From an uncultured Oscillospiraceae bacterium (GTDB taxonomy: Bacteria; Bacillota; Clostridia; Oscillospirales; Oscillospiraceae): a stretch of 64,000 nucleotides of DNA. Every line of letters begins with the position of its first letter. Within the stretch, counting starts at the first letter, position 1. Made by a program: the position numbers and the translations under genes. The notes below the pieces were generated by a model. It was not told the origin of the DNA and searched no databases. It worked only from the letters and a program-made list of their open reading frames with translations. The stretch lies in assembly GCA_934630495.1 (NCBI GenBank), contig CAKTVW010000007.1, positions 1,828 to 65,827 on the forward strand, in the 5' to 3' direction. Shown piece by piece: positions 19,141 through 28,065 of this stretch.

Positions 19141-19347
19141 ACACTATGCCGAAGGGGACCGCATTTATCACCGATTTTCTTATGGCAACACCGCATAATT
19201 GCACCTTCCGCCTTCGCCGGATATTTTTCGCCGATCCAGCGGTTTGAAAAGTTTGAAATACACAGAGTATTCCTGCGCTTTTCAAACCTTGGCCCGACAA
19301 AAAATCTCTCGCCGAATGCTCTCGCTGAATTATGCGGTGCTGCCTTA

Positions 19348-20250
19348 TCATTCCATCAGCTCACCCAGATAGCTGTACGCGGCAAGCAGCTTTTCCAGAT
19401 GATAATTCATCACGATCGTGTCGTGGCGGCTGCATTTTCTACCGATCACGCCCGCCTCCGGGAGCGACAGTCCCAGCTCCTGCATTTTCGCGGCGTTTTC
19501 CGTAGCAAGGTCGCCCAGCGAATCCATGCCGCAGATCACCTCAAGCTCCTGCACCATGCGCTGTGCAAGCTGACCGCAGCCGCACAGCCGCGCCTCATCG
19601 TCGTGCCTGCGGTGGAAAAAGCGCTGGGAATGATACAGCACAAGCTCTCGGTCGATATGGCGCAGAAGCTCCTGAAACGGCTGGATCTCCGGGAACCGCT
19701 CGTAAACCACGACGCTCTCCAGCGCGGCCGGGACCAGCCCGCGAAGCTGCGCCAGCAGCGATAAGATATGGCGCTTGTTGTTATACGGCCGAATGGTGAT
19801 ATTGACCGCAAGCGCGACCGCGATCCCCACGGCGGTATCGCGCAGACGGAACAGCGAGTCGCGCAGGATGTTGTCCGTCGGCGTCAGGCAGGCGGAAAGA
19901 AAAATGATGCAGGCAAGCGACGCCGTAAAGGACAGCCGAAAGGAATTGAGCAGCAGGATCAGCAGCAGCACGCCAAGCCCGACCAGCCACGCCGGTGTCG
20001 TCTCCGGAAACAGCAGCACCGCGATATAGCCGATCACCGTGCCGCAGATCACGCCGATCAGCTGCGTCAGGCCCTGCATCAGCGATTTGGAAAACGTTGT
20101 TTCCAGCGCGATCAGCGCGCCGAACGCCGCATAGAATACGGAAAGCGGTTCCGTGGCAAAGCAGCGGATCAGCAGAACGGAAAGCATGACCGCCAGCGCG
20201 GTCTTGACCGTGCGAAGCCCGAGATGGAGCTGCTTCGGTATTTTTTTCAT
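19348..20250 (-). CDS. FUSC/aromatic-acid-exporter-like membrane protein
   Basis: ORF trimmed to MKKIPKQLHLGLRTVKTALAV after AAAGGAGG. Multi-TM N-terminal half and a helical C-terminal half. Confidence 0.5.
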   Translation of the reverse strand: MKKIPKQLHLGLRTVKTALAVMLSVLLIRCFATEPLSVFYAAFGALIALETTFSKSLMQGLTQLIGVICGTVIGYIAVLLFPETTPAWLVGLGVLLLILLLNSFRLSFTASLACIIFLSACLTPTDNILRDSLFRLRDTAVGIAVALAVNITIRPYNNKRHILSLLAQLRGLVPAALESVVVYERFPEIQPFQELLRHIDRELVLYHSQRFFHRRHDDEARLCGCGQLAQRMVQELEVICGMDSLGDLATENAAKMQELGLSLPEAGVIGRKCSRHDTIVMNYHLEKLLAAYSYLGELME

Positions 20251-20387
20251 GGTGCGCCTCCTTTCGCATGTCCGATGTCTGTCTGTCATAGCCAGTATAC
20301 CAGAACCGACGGGATTTGAAAAGGGCAAAAGGCGGTCGTGCGCTGTTTTTCGTGCCGCAGACGATACCGATTTGTCGGATTCTGTCG

Positions 20388-20416
20388 TTGACAAACCGTT
20401 TTTATCTGCCTATAAT
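20388..20416 (+). promoter_or_regulatory. Sigma-70-type promoter of the patatin-like gene
   Basis: TTGACA, 17 nt, TATAAT. Confidence 0.55.
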
Positions 20417-20461
20417 ACTTGTGCGGCGGGCGAGCGATCCCCTGCGGGAAGGAGCTTTGAT

Positions 20462-21322
20462 ATGGCAAAAATCGGACTTGTCCTGTCCGGCGGCATGGCC
20501 AAGGGGGCCTATCAGATCGGCGTGCTGAAGGCGCTGTCGGAATATCTGTCGCCCGCCGAGATTGATCTGACCAGCGCTTCCTCGATCGGCGTTCTGAACG
20601 CATACGCTTTCCACACGGGAAAGCTGGACTTTGCCACCGAGCTTTGGAAGCTTTCCGCCATGGACGGCAGCCGCCGCGTTATCACCTCCATGCTTCGCAG
20701 CACCTTCCTGCAATCGTCCATCGCCAATCTTTACAGTCCCTCCGATGCGCTGCAATCGGAGCTGTATCTCTCGCTTTACAATTTTTCCAAAAATCATCTG
20801 TCCTATGTGGAGCTGTCCAAGCAGCCGCAGACGCAGTATGTCGACTATCTCCGTGCCAGCGTCTGTATGCCGCTGTATAACCGCGCGGTCGTATTGGGGC
20901 AGGATAAATTCTTCGACGGCGCAATGATCGACAATATTCCCATGCTTCCTCTGGTCCAGCACAAGCCGGACTATGTGATCTGCGTCTACTTCGACAGTGA
21001 AAACTACATATTTGAGAATCGGGAATTTGACCGCCGCGTGGTAAAGATCACCTTCCCCGACGACAAGATTATCGCCACCTCGGTGTTCTTCAAGCCCGAC
21101 AGCGTGGAATATATGATCGCGCAGGGCTATGACTACGCCAAGGAGCTTTTTGCCAAGCTGTTTGCCAACGGAAAGGATGATCTTCCGCATATCTATCAGG
21201 AGATCGCACGGCTGAATGTTCTCTCCGCACAGCGTCCCTTCCGCATTACCGGCGATATCATGGTCCGAAATCTGAACAAGGTCACGCAGAAGCTGACGCG
21301 GAGACGGCGGATCATCGGCTGA
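20462..21322 (+). CDS. Patatin-like phospholipase
   Basis: The ATG at 20462 follows GGAAGGAG. Has the GLVLSGGMAKGAYQIG oxyanion motif, GxSxG (ASSIG) and DGA (FDGAMIDN). Confidence 0.8.
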   Translation: MAKIGLVLSGGMAKGAYQIGVLKALSEYLSPAEIDLTSASSIGVLNAYAFHTGKLDFATELWKLSAMDGSRRVITSMLRSTFLQSSIANLYSPSDALQSELYLSLYNFSKNHLSYVELSKQPQTQYVDYLRASVCMPLYNRAVVLGQDKFFDGAMIDNIPMLPLVQHKPDYVICVYFDSENYIFENREFDRRVVKITFPDDKIIATSVFFKPDSVEYMIAQGYDYAKELFAKLFANGKDDLPHIYQEIARLNVLSAQRPFRITGDIMVRNLNKVTQKLTRRRRIIG

Positions 21323-21357
21323 TTTTCGTCCTTTTGCCGAAATGGAAAAAATAGGAC

Positions 21358-21386
21358 TTGACAACCGTTGGAGATTATGGTAATAT
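21358..21386 (+). promoter_or_regulatory. Promoter of the tRNA Gly-Arg-His-Gln cluster
   Basis: TTGACA, 17 nt, TGG-TAATAT (extended -10), about 25 nt upstream of tRNA-Gly. Confidence 0.55.
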
Positions 21387-21413
21387 CCTATAGCTGATGC
21401 TGAACGCAAAGTT

Positions 21414-21488
21414 GCGGGTGTAGTATAACGGCTAGTACAACAGCCTTCCAAGCTGTGGGCGTGGGTTCGATTCCCATCACTCGCTCCA
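21414..21488 (+). tRNA. tRNA-Gly (UCC)
   Basis: 75 nt. Cloverleaf with anticodon loop CTTCCAA, GGTTCGATTCC T-arm, and CCA encoded. Confidence 0.9.
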
Positions 21489-21491
21489 TAC

Positions 21492-21568
21492 GCGCCAGTA
21501 GCTCATCCGGATAGAGCAACTGCCTTCTAAGCAGTAGGTGGGGGGTTCGAGTCCCTTCTGGCGTACCA
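21492..21568 (+). tRNA. tRNA-Arg (UCU)
   Basis: 77 nt. Acceptor GCGCCAG/CTGGCGT, anticodon loop CTTCTAA, and CCA encoded. Confidence 0.88.
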
Positions 21569-21611
21569 CCTGCGTCAGCGTCGGTGATTGGCTGATGCTT
21601 TGCGGTACGCC
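21555..21611 (+). repeat. 57-bp direct repeat, copy 1 (last 14 nt of tRNA-Arg plus 43 nt downstream)
   Basis: CTTCTGGCGTACCACCTGCGTCAGCGTCGGTGATTGGCTGATGCTTTGCGGTACGCC, identical to 21699-21755. Confidence 0.9.
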
Positions 21612-21698
21612 CTGATCGAAGTTCGCCTTATGGCTCCTTCTCTCAGGAAGGGACTTTGCGGCGGGAAAAAATGTCACCGGCATCTTTTCCCTTGCAAA

Positions 21699-21755
21699 CT
21701 TCTGGCGTACCACCTGCGTCAGCGTCGGTGATTGGCTGATGCTTTGCGGTACGCC
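21699..21755 (+). repeat. 57-bp direct repeat, copy 2 (orphan tRNA-Arg 3' end)
   Basis: Perfect copy of 21555-21611, lying 87 bp downstream of copy 1. Confidence 0.9.
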
Positions 21756-21850
21756 TTGAAATACCTGATGACGGCAAAGCATCGGCATTGTGCGGTCCGC
21801 CGCACGGCAAAGACGCGCCACAAAAGCGTTTTTGCATGGGAACGAAATAT

Positions 21851-21928
21851 GGTGGGTGTAGCGTAGTTGGTTAACGCGTCAGATTGTGGCTCTGAAGACC
21901 GAGGGTTCGAGTCCCTTCACTCACCCCA
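21851..21928 (+). tRNA. tRNA-His (GUG) with encoded G-1
   Basis: 78 nt. Extra 5' G pairs with C73. Anticodon loop TTGTGGC. Confidence 0.9.
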
Positions 21929-21963
21929 TTTCCCCCCAATCCCTTTATTCGGGGCTGCCACAT

Positions 21964-22038
21964 TGGGATGTCGCCAAGTGGTAAGGCACCAGACTTTGAC
22001 TCTGGCATCCGTAGGTTCGAGTCCTGCCATCCCAGCCA
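21964..22038 (+). tRNA. tRNA-Gln (UUG)
   Basis: 75 nt. TGGGATG...CCAGACTTTGACTCTGG...CATCCCAGCCA. Confidence 0.9.
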
Positions 22039-22041
22039 AGT

Positions 22042-22078
22042 CGGAGCAAAGTCCGCTTTGCTCCGATTTTTATTTTTT
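22042..22078 (+). terminator. Rho-independent terminator of the tRNA cluster
   Basis: CGGAGCAAAG-TCCG-CTTTGCTCCG followed by TTTTTATTTTTT. Confidence 0.7.
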
Positions 22079-22221
22079 GCTATGCAAAAGCATAGCAAAA
22101 TAAGAAATGTGCCGTTTCCTCGTCCCTGCGGGGCATCCGGAAATGATGCACAAAAGCTTCATGCACCGGCATTTGCACTTTTTCGTGGCGCAGCACACAT
22201 GCATGAGGTTTTATGACGTAC

Positions 22222-22297
22222 GACCCGCTAGCTCAGCAGGCAGAGCAATTGCCTTTTAAGCAATGGGTCTGGAGTTCGAATCTCCAGCGGGTCACCA
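22222..22297 (+). tRNA. tRNA-Lys (UUU)
   Basis: 76 nt. Anticodon loop CTTTTAA and acceptor GACCCGC/GCGGGTC. Confidence 0.9.
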
Positions 22298-22299
22298 AT

Positions 22300-22336
22300 C
22301 CTCCGAAAACGCAGCGTTTTCGGAGGATTCTCTTTT
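22300..22336 (+). terminator. Terminator after tRNA-Lys
   Basis: CCTCCGAAAACG-CAG-CGTTTTCGGAGG followed by a T-rich tract. Confidence 0.65.
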
Positions 22337-22440
22337 GTGTATGCACATGCGGCTTCCCCGCGCATCGACTCGGGCACTGCAAAAAACGCCGGTGCCGAGA
22401 ATAACCCCGACCCCGGCGTTTCTTGCGGCGGTCCGCTTTT

Positions 22441-22487
22441 AACCGAAAAGAAATGAGGCTTCGCAGCGTCTGCTGTGAAGCCTCATT
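22441..22487 (-). terminator. Terminator after tRNA-Trp
   Basis: 11-bp stem AATGAGGCTTC/GAAGCCTCATT, followed on the minus strand by TTCTTTTCGGTT. Confidence 0.6.
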
Positions 22488-22489
22488 CT

Positions 22490-22565
<76 letters not shown>

Positions 22566-22580
22566 ATATTAAAAATAAAA

Positions 22581-22657
22581 TGGTGGGCCTTCGGGGACTC
22601 GAACCCGGGACCGTCCGGTTATGAGCCGGATGCTCTAACCAACTGAGCTAAAGGCCC
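22581..22657 (-). tRNA. tRNA with CAU anticodon, most like lysidine-type tRNA-Ile2 (elongator Met not excluded)
   Basis: 77 nt. GGGCCTTTAGCTCAGTTGGTTAGAGC...GGCTCATAACC... resembles Firmicutes tRNA-Ile(CAU). It lacks initiator features: the 1:72 pair is intact and there is no triple G-C in the anticodon stem. Confidence 0.75.
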
Positions 22658-22918
22658 ATATCCAAAACCGAGATTTCTCTCAAGCGCCAGATAATTATAC
22701 CAAGCACCAAGCAAAAAAGCAAGCCCTATTTTCATATTTTTCAAAAAAGTCCTCCCGCAGCAATATTGCTCTCATATGAAGCAGCATTGGAGGCATCGGC
22801 CGCGCTGCCGCCTCCTAGGATATTCCGGCGAAAACGCCCCCAAGCGCCCCGGTATGCTCACGAACTGCCGTGAGCATACCGGGGCGGAGCAAGCGCAAAA
22901 TGCAAAAGTCGATGGCGC

Positions 22919-23428
22919 TTACCGTTTTTTCCTTGTCAGCACGATCCCGACGACCGAACCGGCAACAATCAGAGGGGCCAGCCGCACAAACAGGTATTCA
23001 AAGGCATGAAAAGCCGCGCCGAAAACGGCAGTCTCCGGGTCGGCATAGTTCCAAGCAAGGTAGGGACTCTTACAAACCAGCAGCGCGGCAAAAACTGCGG
23101 CCGTGCCCGCGCACAGCGCGATAAACAGCCAATGCAGCGCGTTTCTTCTCGCGGCTTTCCTCCTTGCAAGCTGTAGGTTGATAACCTCCAGCTTTTCGGA
23201 GAGCTTTTTCAGATCATCCGGTCTCGATTCGGCTACAGTCTCTCCGAGCAGCGTGCTCACAGGCGTTTCAAGCGCCTCCGAGATGGAGATGAGCATATCC
23301 GAATCGGGAACGGACAGGCCCTGCTCCCATTTGGAGACGGTCTGCCGCACAACATTCAGCCTGACGGCAAGCTCCTCCTGCGAAAGCCCTTTCGACTTTC
23401 TGAAGGCTTTTATGTTTTCATTCAGCAT
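22919..23428 (-). CDS. XRE-family HTH regulator with C-terminal transmembrane segments
   Basis: Trimmed to MLNENIKAFRKSKGLSQEELAVRLNVVRQTVSKWEQG (HTH_3). Hydrophobic C-terminal half. Confidence 0.75.
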   Translation of the reverse strand: MLNENIKAFRKSKGLSQEELAVRLNVVRQTVSKWEQGLSVPDSDMLISISEALETPVSTLLGETVAESRPDDLKKLSEKLEVINLQLARRKAARRNALHWLFIALCAGTAAVFAALLVCKSPYLAWNYADPETAVFGAAFHAFEYLFVRLAPLIVAGSVVGIVLTRKKR

Positions 23429-23543
23429 CGGGACAACTTCCTTTCTTTCGGTCGCTGTCCATATTATATACGAACCGAAGCCGTTGCCGCAAGCAACGCA
23501 GATTAACATGCCGCGTTACGAACAGTTTCAATCCTCTCTCACG

Positions 23544-23888
23544 CTATTTTTCCGTCTCGCTGGCGTCCGATCCTGCCCGTTCCGTAGAAATTTTGACCAC
23601 AACGGCGGTCTTATCGCCGTTGTTCCAGATGGAGTGCGGCATCATGCCGTCGACAAACACGGCTTGGTCCTTTCTCGCCACAATCTCTCTGCTGCCGGAA
23701 ACGATTCTGACCTCGCCGTCGACAACGATAAAAATATGGTCGTCGCTGTGCGTATGGTTGTTTTTCGGGCCGCCGCCGTTCTTCTCAATATAGGCGATGG
23801 CTCCCCAACGAATTTTCCCCATCTCGTCAAACAGCTTTTTCGCCTTGAAGCCTTGATGCCCGTCGGGCGTAATAAACGAATGCTCCAT
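23544..23888 (-). CDS. Cupin-domain protein
   Basis: 114 aa. HTHSDDHIFIVVDGEVRI...MPHSIWN matches the two cupin motifs. Confidence 0.65.
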   Translation of the reverse strand: MEHSFITPDGHQGFKAKKLFDEMGKIRWGAIAYIEKNGGGPKNNHTHSDDHIFIVVDGEVRIVSGSREIVARKDQAVFVDGMMPHSIWNNGDKTAVVVKISTERAGSDASETEK

Positions 23889-23896
23889 GATTGTGC

Positions 23897-24442
23897 TCAG
23901 GCCTCCTTCTCTGAAGCAAGCTCCGCGCCGTAACGGCAGAGCAGAGCGCCGAGGATAAACATAACGCCCAGCGCGATGCTCGCCGCGTTGTCGAAATACA
24001 GGTCCATGGCCGCAGGCGTGGAAATGTCCATAAAACCGGCGACGATCTCCTCGGCAATGCTGCCGACGAGCGCACAGGCGCCGGGAACGGCAATCGTCAG
24101 GATGCCGAGCCGCAGCAGCTCCTTCGCTCCGGCGAGGGTGAACGGCGTTCCCGCGTTCCGCTCATGCTTGAAGTAAAGCTCCGCGAATTTTGCCACGACC
24201 GCTTCTCCGGCGCAGACGATCAGCCAGCCGGGAAGCACTGCAGCAAGGCTTTCCATGTCGTACCTGTCGCCGATCAGTCCATGCAGCGTCACGCTCCCGA
24301 GCTTAATGACGTGTCCGCTGCCGAAGCCGAAGCTGAGCAAGCAGACGATGCCGCCGCAGCCGACAAGGGCAAGGACGAACGCGATCTTACTGAGTACGCT
24401 TCCGAGCTTAGAAAGCTTTTGAATAGTGTTAAGTGATTTCAT
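23897..24442 (-). CDS. DUF2975-like membrane protein
   Basis: Trimmed to MKSLNTIQKLSKLGSVL. Four predicted TM segments plus the GTPFTLAGAKELLRLG motif typical of DUF2975. Confidence 0.45.
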   Translation of the reverse strand: MKSLNTIQKLSKLGSVLSKIAFVLALVGCGGIVCLLSFGFGSGHVIKLGSVTLHGLIGDRYDMESLAAVLPGWLIVCAGEAVVAKFAELYFKHERNAGTPFTLAGAKELLRLGILTIAVPGACALVGSIAEEIVAGFMDISTPAAMDLYFDNAASIALGVMFILGALLCRYGAELASEKEA

Positions 24443-24604
24443 TCTGATCCTCCTCTTTGATCTCAAAATTATATTTTCTGTTCGGCGCGGGCAATCCCGC
24501 TCCGAACGGACTTGCTTTGACAAATGCCGTCTGCACTTTCCGCCGACCTCGAGGCCGTATGCGGGCAGCTTTTCCGCGCGGTTATCTCCGAAGTGCGCCG
24601 TGCC

Positions 24605-24772
24605 TCACGCATCCTTTCGGTTTTTCATGCCGATCGCCCCGCTCAGGCAGCCAAGCGCTCCGACGCCCAGCAGCACCGCGCAGAGCCACCATTTCATGAG
24701 GGCAAAAATGCACCCTGCAAGCAGCATCAGGCCGCAGGCAGTGAAAAGCAGTCTTACAAAGGTTTCTTTCAT
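24605..24772 (-). CDS. Small two-TM membrane protein (hypothetical)
   Basis: 55 aa, MKETFVRLLFTACGLMLLAGCIFALMKWWLCAVLLGVGALGCL. Weak call based on hydrophobicity only. Confidence 0.3.
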   Translation of the reverse strand: MKETFVRLLFTACGLMLLAGCIFALMKWWLCAVLLGVGALGCLSGAIGMKNRKDA

Positions 24773-25012
24773 TTCTGTCTCCTTTTCGGCCGCGCCGTGT
24801 CGATCGGCATTCATAAAAATAACGCAGAGCAAACCTGTTTTTCATCAGGTTCAGCTCTGCGTCTCGGCGTCCGGCTTATCATATTCGATCCCGTGATCTC
24901 GCAGTGAGATAAGGCGCTTTGTCAATAGCCTCTGCGAAATACTTTTACACGCGGCGCTCCGCGCTCATCCCCCGCGACCCCGCCGATTTCCGACCGCGCC
25001 CGTGAAGCCGAT

Positions 25013-25804
25013 TCAAATACGGCTCTCGATAAACGCATCGAGCGGCGGGAGCGTTTCCGCTCTCCAATAACGGCGGCAGTCCGCCGTCCGATCCAAAAGC
25101 TGCTTATTGTACAGCTCCCGTCGAAGCGTCGCGGGATCGTGAAAAAGCGTCCATTCGTCCAGCAGGTCGTTGATCTCCTGCTCCGTGTATTGGCGGTCGG
25201 CTTCGAGCTTCCCCGCCAAGTACCACAGCGCAGCCAGCTTCTTTTTGTGCTTTGCCGGGAAAGCCGTCAGGCATCCGTCCTCCACGCCTCGGGCGGTCCA
25301 TTCTGCGCGGCTGATCCCGTATACGGCCGTCTGTTCGCCCTCGCTGTCGGTGAAGACGTCAAGCAGCCGCATCTCGTTTGCGACGGCGACTGCTGCGGAC
25401 GGGATGTTTTCTTTTTTCATATAAGAATACGCCATGCCGAACGGCGTATGCGAAAATGTCCAGTCGCGGACGGCCTGCGCCGCCTCCGACGCATAGCCCT
25501 GCCGCTGATGCGCCTTGGCAATGTGGTAGCCGATCTCGGGCAGGATCGTGCCGTTTATGTTCTGCATGGTCAGCCCGCAGTCGCCGATCATTTCAGCCGT
25601 AGATCGCAGGCAGACCGCCCACAGGCCGAAGCCGAACACGCGGTATCGCTCCGTATTTTTGTTGATCCAGTTTTTAACGCGGGCCTCGTCGAAGGTATAC
25701 GGGTAGTGCCGCATGATGTCGGAATCGGCAAGCACGGCATACAGCGCGTCATAATCCTCCGGTGTCATTTCCCGCAGAAAAAGGCGCTTTGTTTCAAGCT
25801 TCAT
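25013..25804 (-). CDS. GNAT N-acetyltransferase fused to a DUF2087-like C-terminal domain
   Basis: RimJ/RimL-like N-terminus (ETKRLFLREMTPEDYDAL..., QRQGYASEA). The C-terminus (YTEQEINDLLDEWTLFHDPATLRRELY) matches the DUF2087 pattern. Confidence 0.6.
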   Translation of the reverse strand: MKLETKRLFLREMTPEDYDALYAVLADSDIMRHYPYTFDEARVKNWINKNTERYRVFGFGLWAVCLRSTAEMIGDCGLTMQNINGTILPEIGYHIAKAHQRQGYASEAAQAVRDWTFSHTPFGMAYSYMKKENIPSAAVAVANEMRLLDVFTDSEGEQTAVYGISRAEWTARGVEDGCLTAFPAKHKKKLAALWYLAGKLEADRQYTEQEINDLLDEWTLFHDPATLRRELYNKQLLDRTADCRRYWRAETLPPLDAFIESRI

Positions 25805-26402
25805 CGTTTATTTTTCTCACCCAATCGTCCAAAAAACGCATCTGCTCCTCCGTATGGAACCAATGCTCGCCGCCCGGCATGACGGTCAACTCCGCGCCGA
25901 TTCTCTTTGCAAAGGCGGATATCGTCTCCGAATCGGTCAGTTCGTCCCGCTCCCCGTACAAAATACGGCTGGGAATGCGCCAGGAGATCGGATGCTCCCG
26001 CACATAGCACAGATAGCGCCAAGAGAGTGTTTCGCCGAACGTCGTGGGAATCTCCGATCGCTCCGCAAGCTCCCGCTCGGTCACATTCGCCCACGTCATC
26101 ATATTGCCGATCAGTTTTTCCATATCCACAACGGGCGAAATAAAGCAGGCTCTGTCAACCATGGCTTCATTCAGCGCGGACAGCGAGAAAAACGCGCCGA
26201 TGCTGTTCGCGATCAGCGTGAGGCTGTCGCAGCGTCTTCGCAGTGCGGCGAAAAATTCCGGAAACTCCTCCTTGGCCTCCCACGGGGTCCCTGCGCGGTA
26301 ATCAAAACCGATCACCTCATCTTCCGGGAACAGTGTCCTGTAATGCTCGGCTTCCTCTGCCGACCCGCCCTTTCCGTGGACATATACTACGATATTTTTC
26401 AT
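25794..26402 (-). CDS. Alpha/beta hydrolase family protein
   Basis: Trimmed to MKNIVVYVHGKGGSAEEA. Nucleophile elbow ANSIGA. Confidence 0.6.
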   Translation of the reverse strand: MKNIVVYVHGKGGSAEEAEHYRTLFPEDEVIGFDYRAGTPWEAKEEFPEFFAALRRRCDSLTLIANSIGAFFSLSALNEAMVDRACFISPVVDMEKLIGNMMTWANVTERELAERSEIPTTFGETLSWRYLCYVREHPISWRIPSRILYGERDELTDSETISAFAKRIGAELTVMPGGEHWFHTEEQMRFLDDWVRKINDEA

Positions 26403-26424
26403 GCTGTACAGATACTCCTTAATT

Positions 26425-27024
26425 TTACACATTGCCGTTGACGATCTTGGCATAGGTCTCCTCCGGGATCATGGGAGAGCCGATCTCTGCCGTCAGCGAT
26501 CTGTCGAGCCGCTTTCCCATTTCGACCCTGATCTCATGCCGTTCCGGGTCGGCATTGGAGTAAGCATACAGGTCGAATCCGATCATCTCGAAGCCGTGCC
26601 TTCTGTAAAACGCGATCGCGTTCTCATTGCACGACTGCGTTTCCAGCACGACCATCCGCGCCCCGGTAGAAGCTGCCGCTTTTTCTATCGCCTTCATCAG
26701 CGCGGTCCCGACCCCGCTGCCGCGCGCCGCCTCGTCGAACACGCAGATATTGCTGATCCGAAAACGATTGTTCCATGCTTCCAAGGCACCCTCGACATAT
26801 CCGACCAAGCGCTCATCTTCGAACGCACCGAACGCAATCGGTGCCTCCAGCCACTCGCCGAAGAACACGTCGTCAAACGACCGCTCGACGGAGGTCCGGA
26901 AAGGTATGTATTTTATCTGAAAGCCCTGCTGAGATGCGCAAATATCATAATAACCGTTCGTTTTGTAGCGGGCGGTAAATTTTTTCCCCGCGTAAGCCTC
27001 TTGCTCTAAACGCCTGATCTCCAT
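26425..27024 (-). CDS. GNAT acetyltransferase, streptothricin-acetyltransferase-like
   Basis: 199 aa. RGSGVGTALM acetyl-CoA motif and NENAIAFYRRHGFE. The overall layout resembles the SatA/Sat4 family. Confidence 0.6.
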   Translation of the reverse strand: MEIRRLEQEAYAGKKFTARYKTNGYYDICASQQGFQIKYIPFRTSVERSFDDVFFGEWLEAPIAFGAFEDERLVGYVEGALEAWNNRFRISNICVFDEAARGSGVGTALMKAIEKAAASTGARMVVLETQSCNENAIAFYRRHGFEMIGFDLYAYSNADPERHEIRVEMGKRLDRSLTAEIGSPMIPEETYAKIVNGNV

Positions 27025-27073
27025 AACTCATTCTCCCTGAATCAAGCCGCAGCTTGTTTGTTCTCCCGGCCGC

Positions 27074-27697
27074 TCACGCGTCGACCAGCGCCCGAAAGAC
27101 CGCATCGCGGTCAAAGGCGCCTGCCGCAAATCCGGGGATCTCCCTGAGCGATTTGTAAATACTGACGCTGAAGCCGGTCAAAATCTGTCCGATCTCCCGC
27201 TCGGAGTATGGGCAGTCGCCGGTCACGATCAGCGTAGACAGACTATGCACCACAAGCCACAGATCGCGGAAATAGAAGTCCGCCTCTTCGGCAGAAATAC
27301 CGTAAATGCTCATCAGCGTCGGCCGAACAAGCTCCTGCAGATGCCGCATCGACCGCATTGTGCTGTGATTTTTCTCCTGTGCCTGCGTCAAAAACAAAAG
27401 TCGGTAAAGCTCCGGCTCCTCCCGCGCAAATCGAATATACTGCCTCCCCACGCCGAAAAAGGGGATTTTCTCTTGCAGGCCCGCGTTTGCGTAGCCGTCG
27501 TACACACGCAGTGCGGCGGCACAGACCTCCCGCCTGACCCCCTCCATCGATCCAAAGCCCGTAAAGATCGGCTGTGTAGAGACGCCGAGCGCGTCGGCCA
27601 TCGTTTTCGCGGTCAGGCCCTCGGCACCCTTCGCCCGCACGACCCGCAAAGCAGCCTCGACCATTTCTTCTTTTGTAAACTTATTCTTCGGAGCCAT
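27074..27697 (-). CDS. TetR/AcrR-family transcriptional regulator
   Basis: N-terminal HTH KEEMVEAALRVVRAKGAEGLTAKTMADALGVSTQPIF. Confidence 0.8.
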   Translation of the reverse strand: MAPKNKFTKEEMVEAALRVVRAKGAEGLTAKTMADALGVSTQPIFTGFGSMEGVRREVCAAALRVYDGYANAGLQEKIPFFGVGRQYIRFAREEPELYRLLFLTQAQEKNHSTMRSMRHLQELVRPTLMSIYGISAEEADFYFRDLWLVVHSLSTLIVTGDCPYSEREIGQILTGFSVSIYKSLREIPGFAAGAFDRDAVFRALVDA

Positions 27698-27964
27698 CGC
27701 CGCGCATCCTTTCGTCCCCGCCCGTTCTCAAAGCGGTATTAATATATCGTGCATTATATATCATTCATTATACAACCGCCGTACATATTTGTCAACAGCG
27801 CGGGCCTTCTTCCCATGCGGTCTATCGGCCGGCAAGTTCTCGCGGTTTTCCTTTCCTCCAAATTCGTAATGCGTCAATGACGCGCCCATGTGCCCACCGG
27901 GCGTAAAATCACGTCAAAAAAGTTGCACAAAGTAAAGAATAATATGATTTTGTTGATTTTGCCT

Positions 27965-27994
27965 ATGACAATTCTTGGAAAAATGTGGTATAAT
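27965..27994 (+). promoter_or_regulatory. Promoter of the carD-like gene
   Basis: ATGACA, 18 nt, TGG-TATAAT (extended -10). Confidence 0.5.
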
Positions 27995-28065
27995 ATCAAT
28001 ACTGATGCCGAATGCTTTTCGCTTCACGGCATCATGAGAAAAAAATAACGGAGGGACGGAGCAAA

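Noticed and set aside
21477-21821. 114-aa ORF with an internal repeated peptide (GVPQSISQSPTLTQVVRQK, two copies).
   Set aside because: It lies antisense to tRNA-Gly and tRNA-Arg. The peptide repeat is just the translation of the 57-bp DNA duplication.
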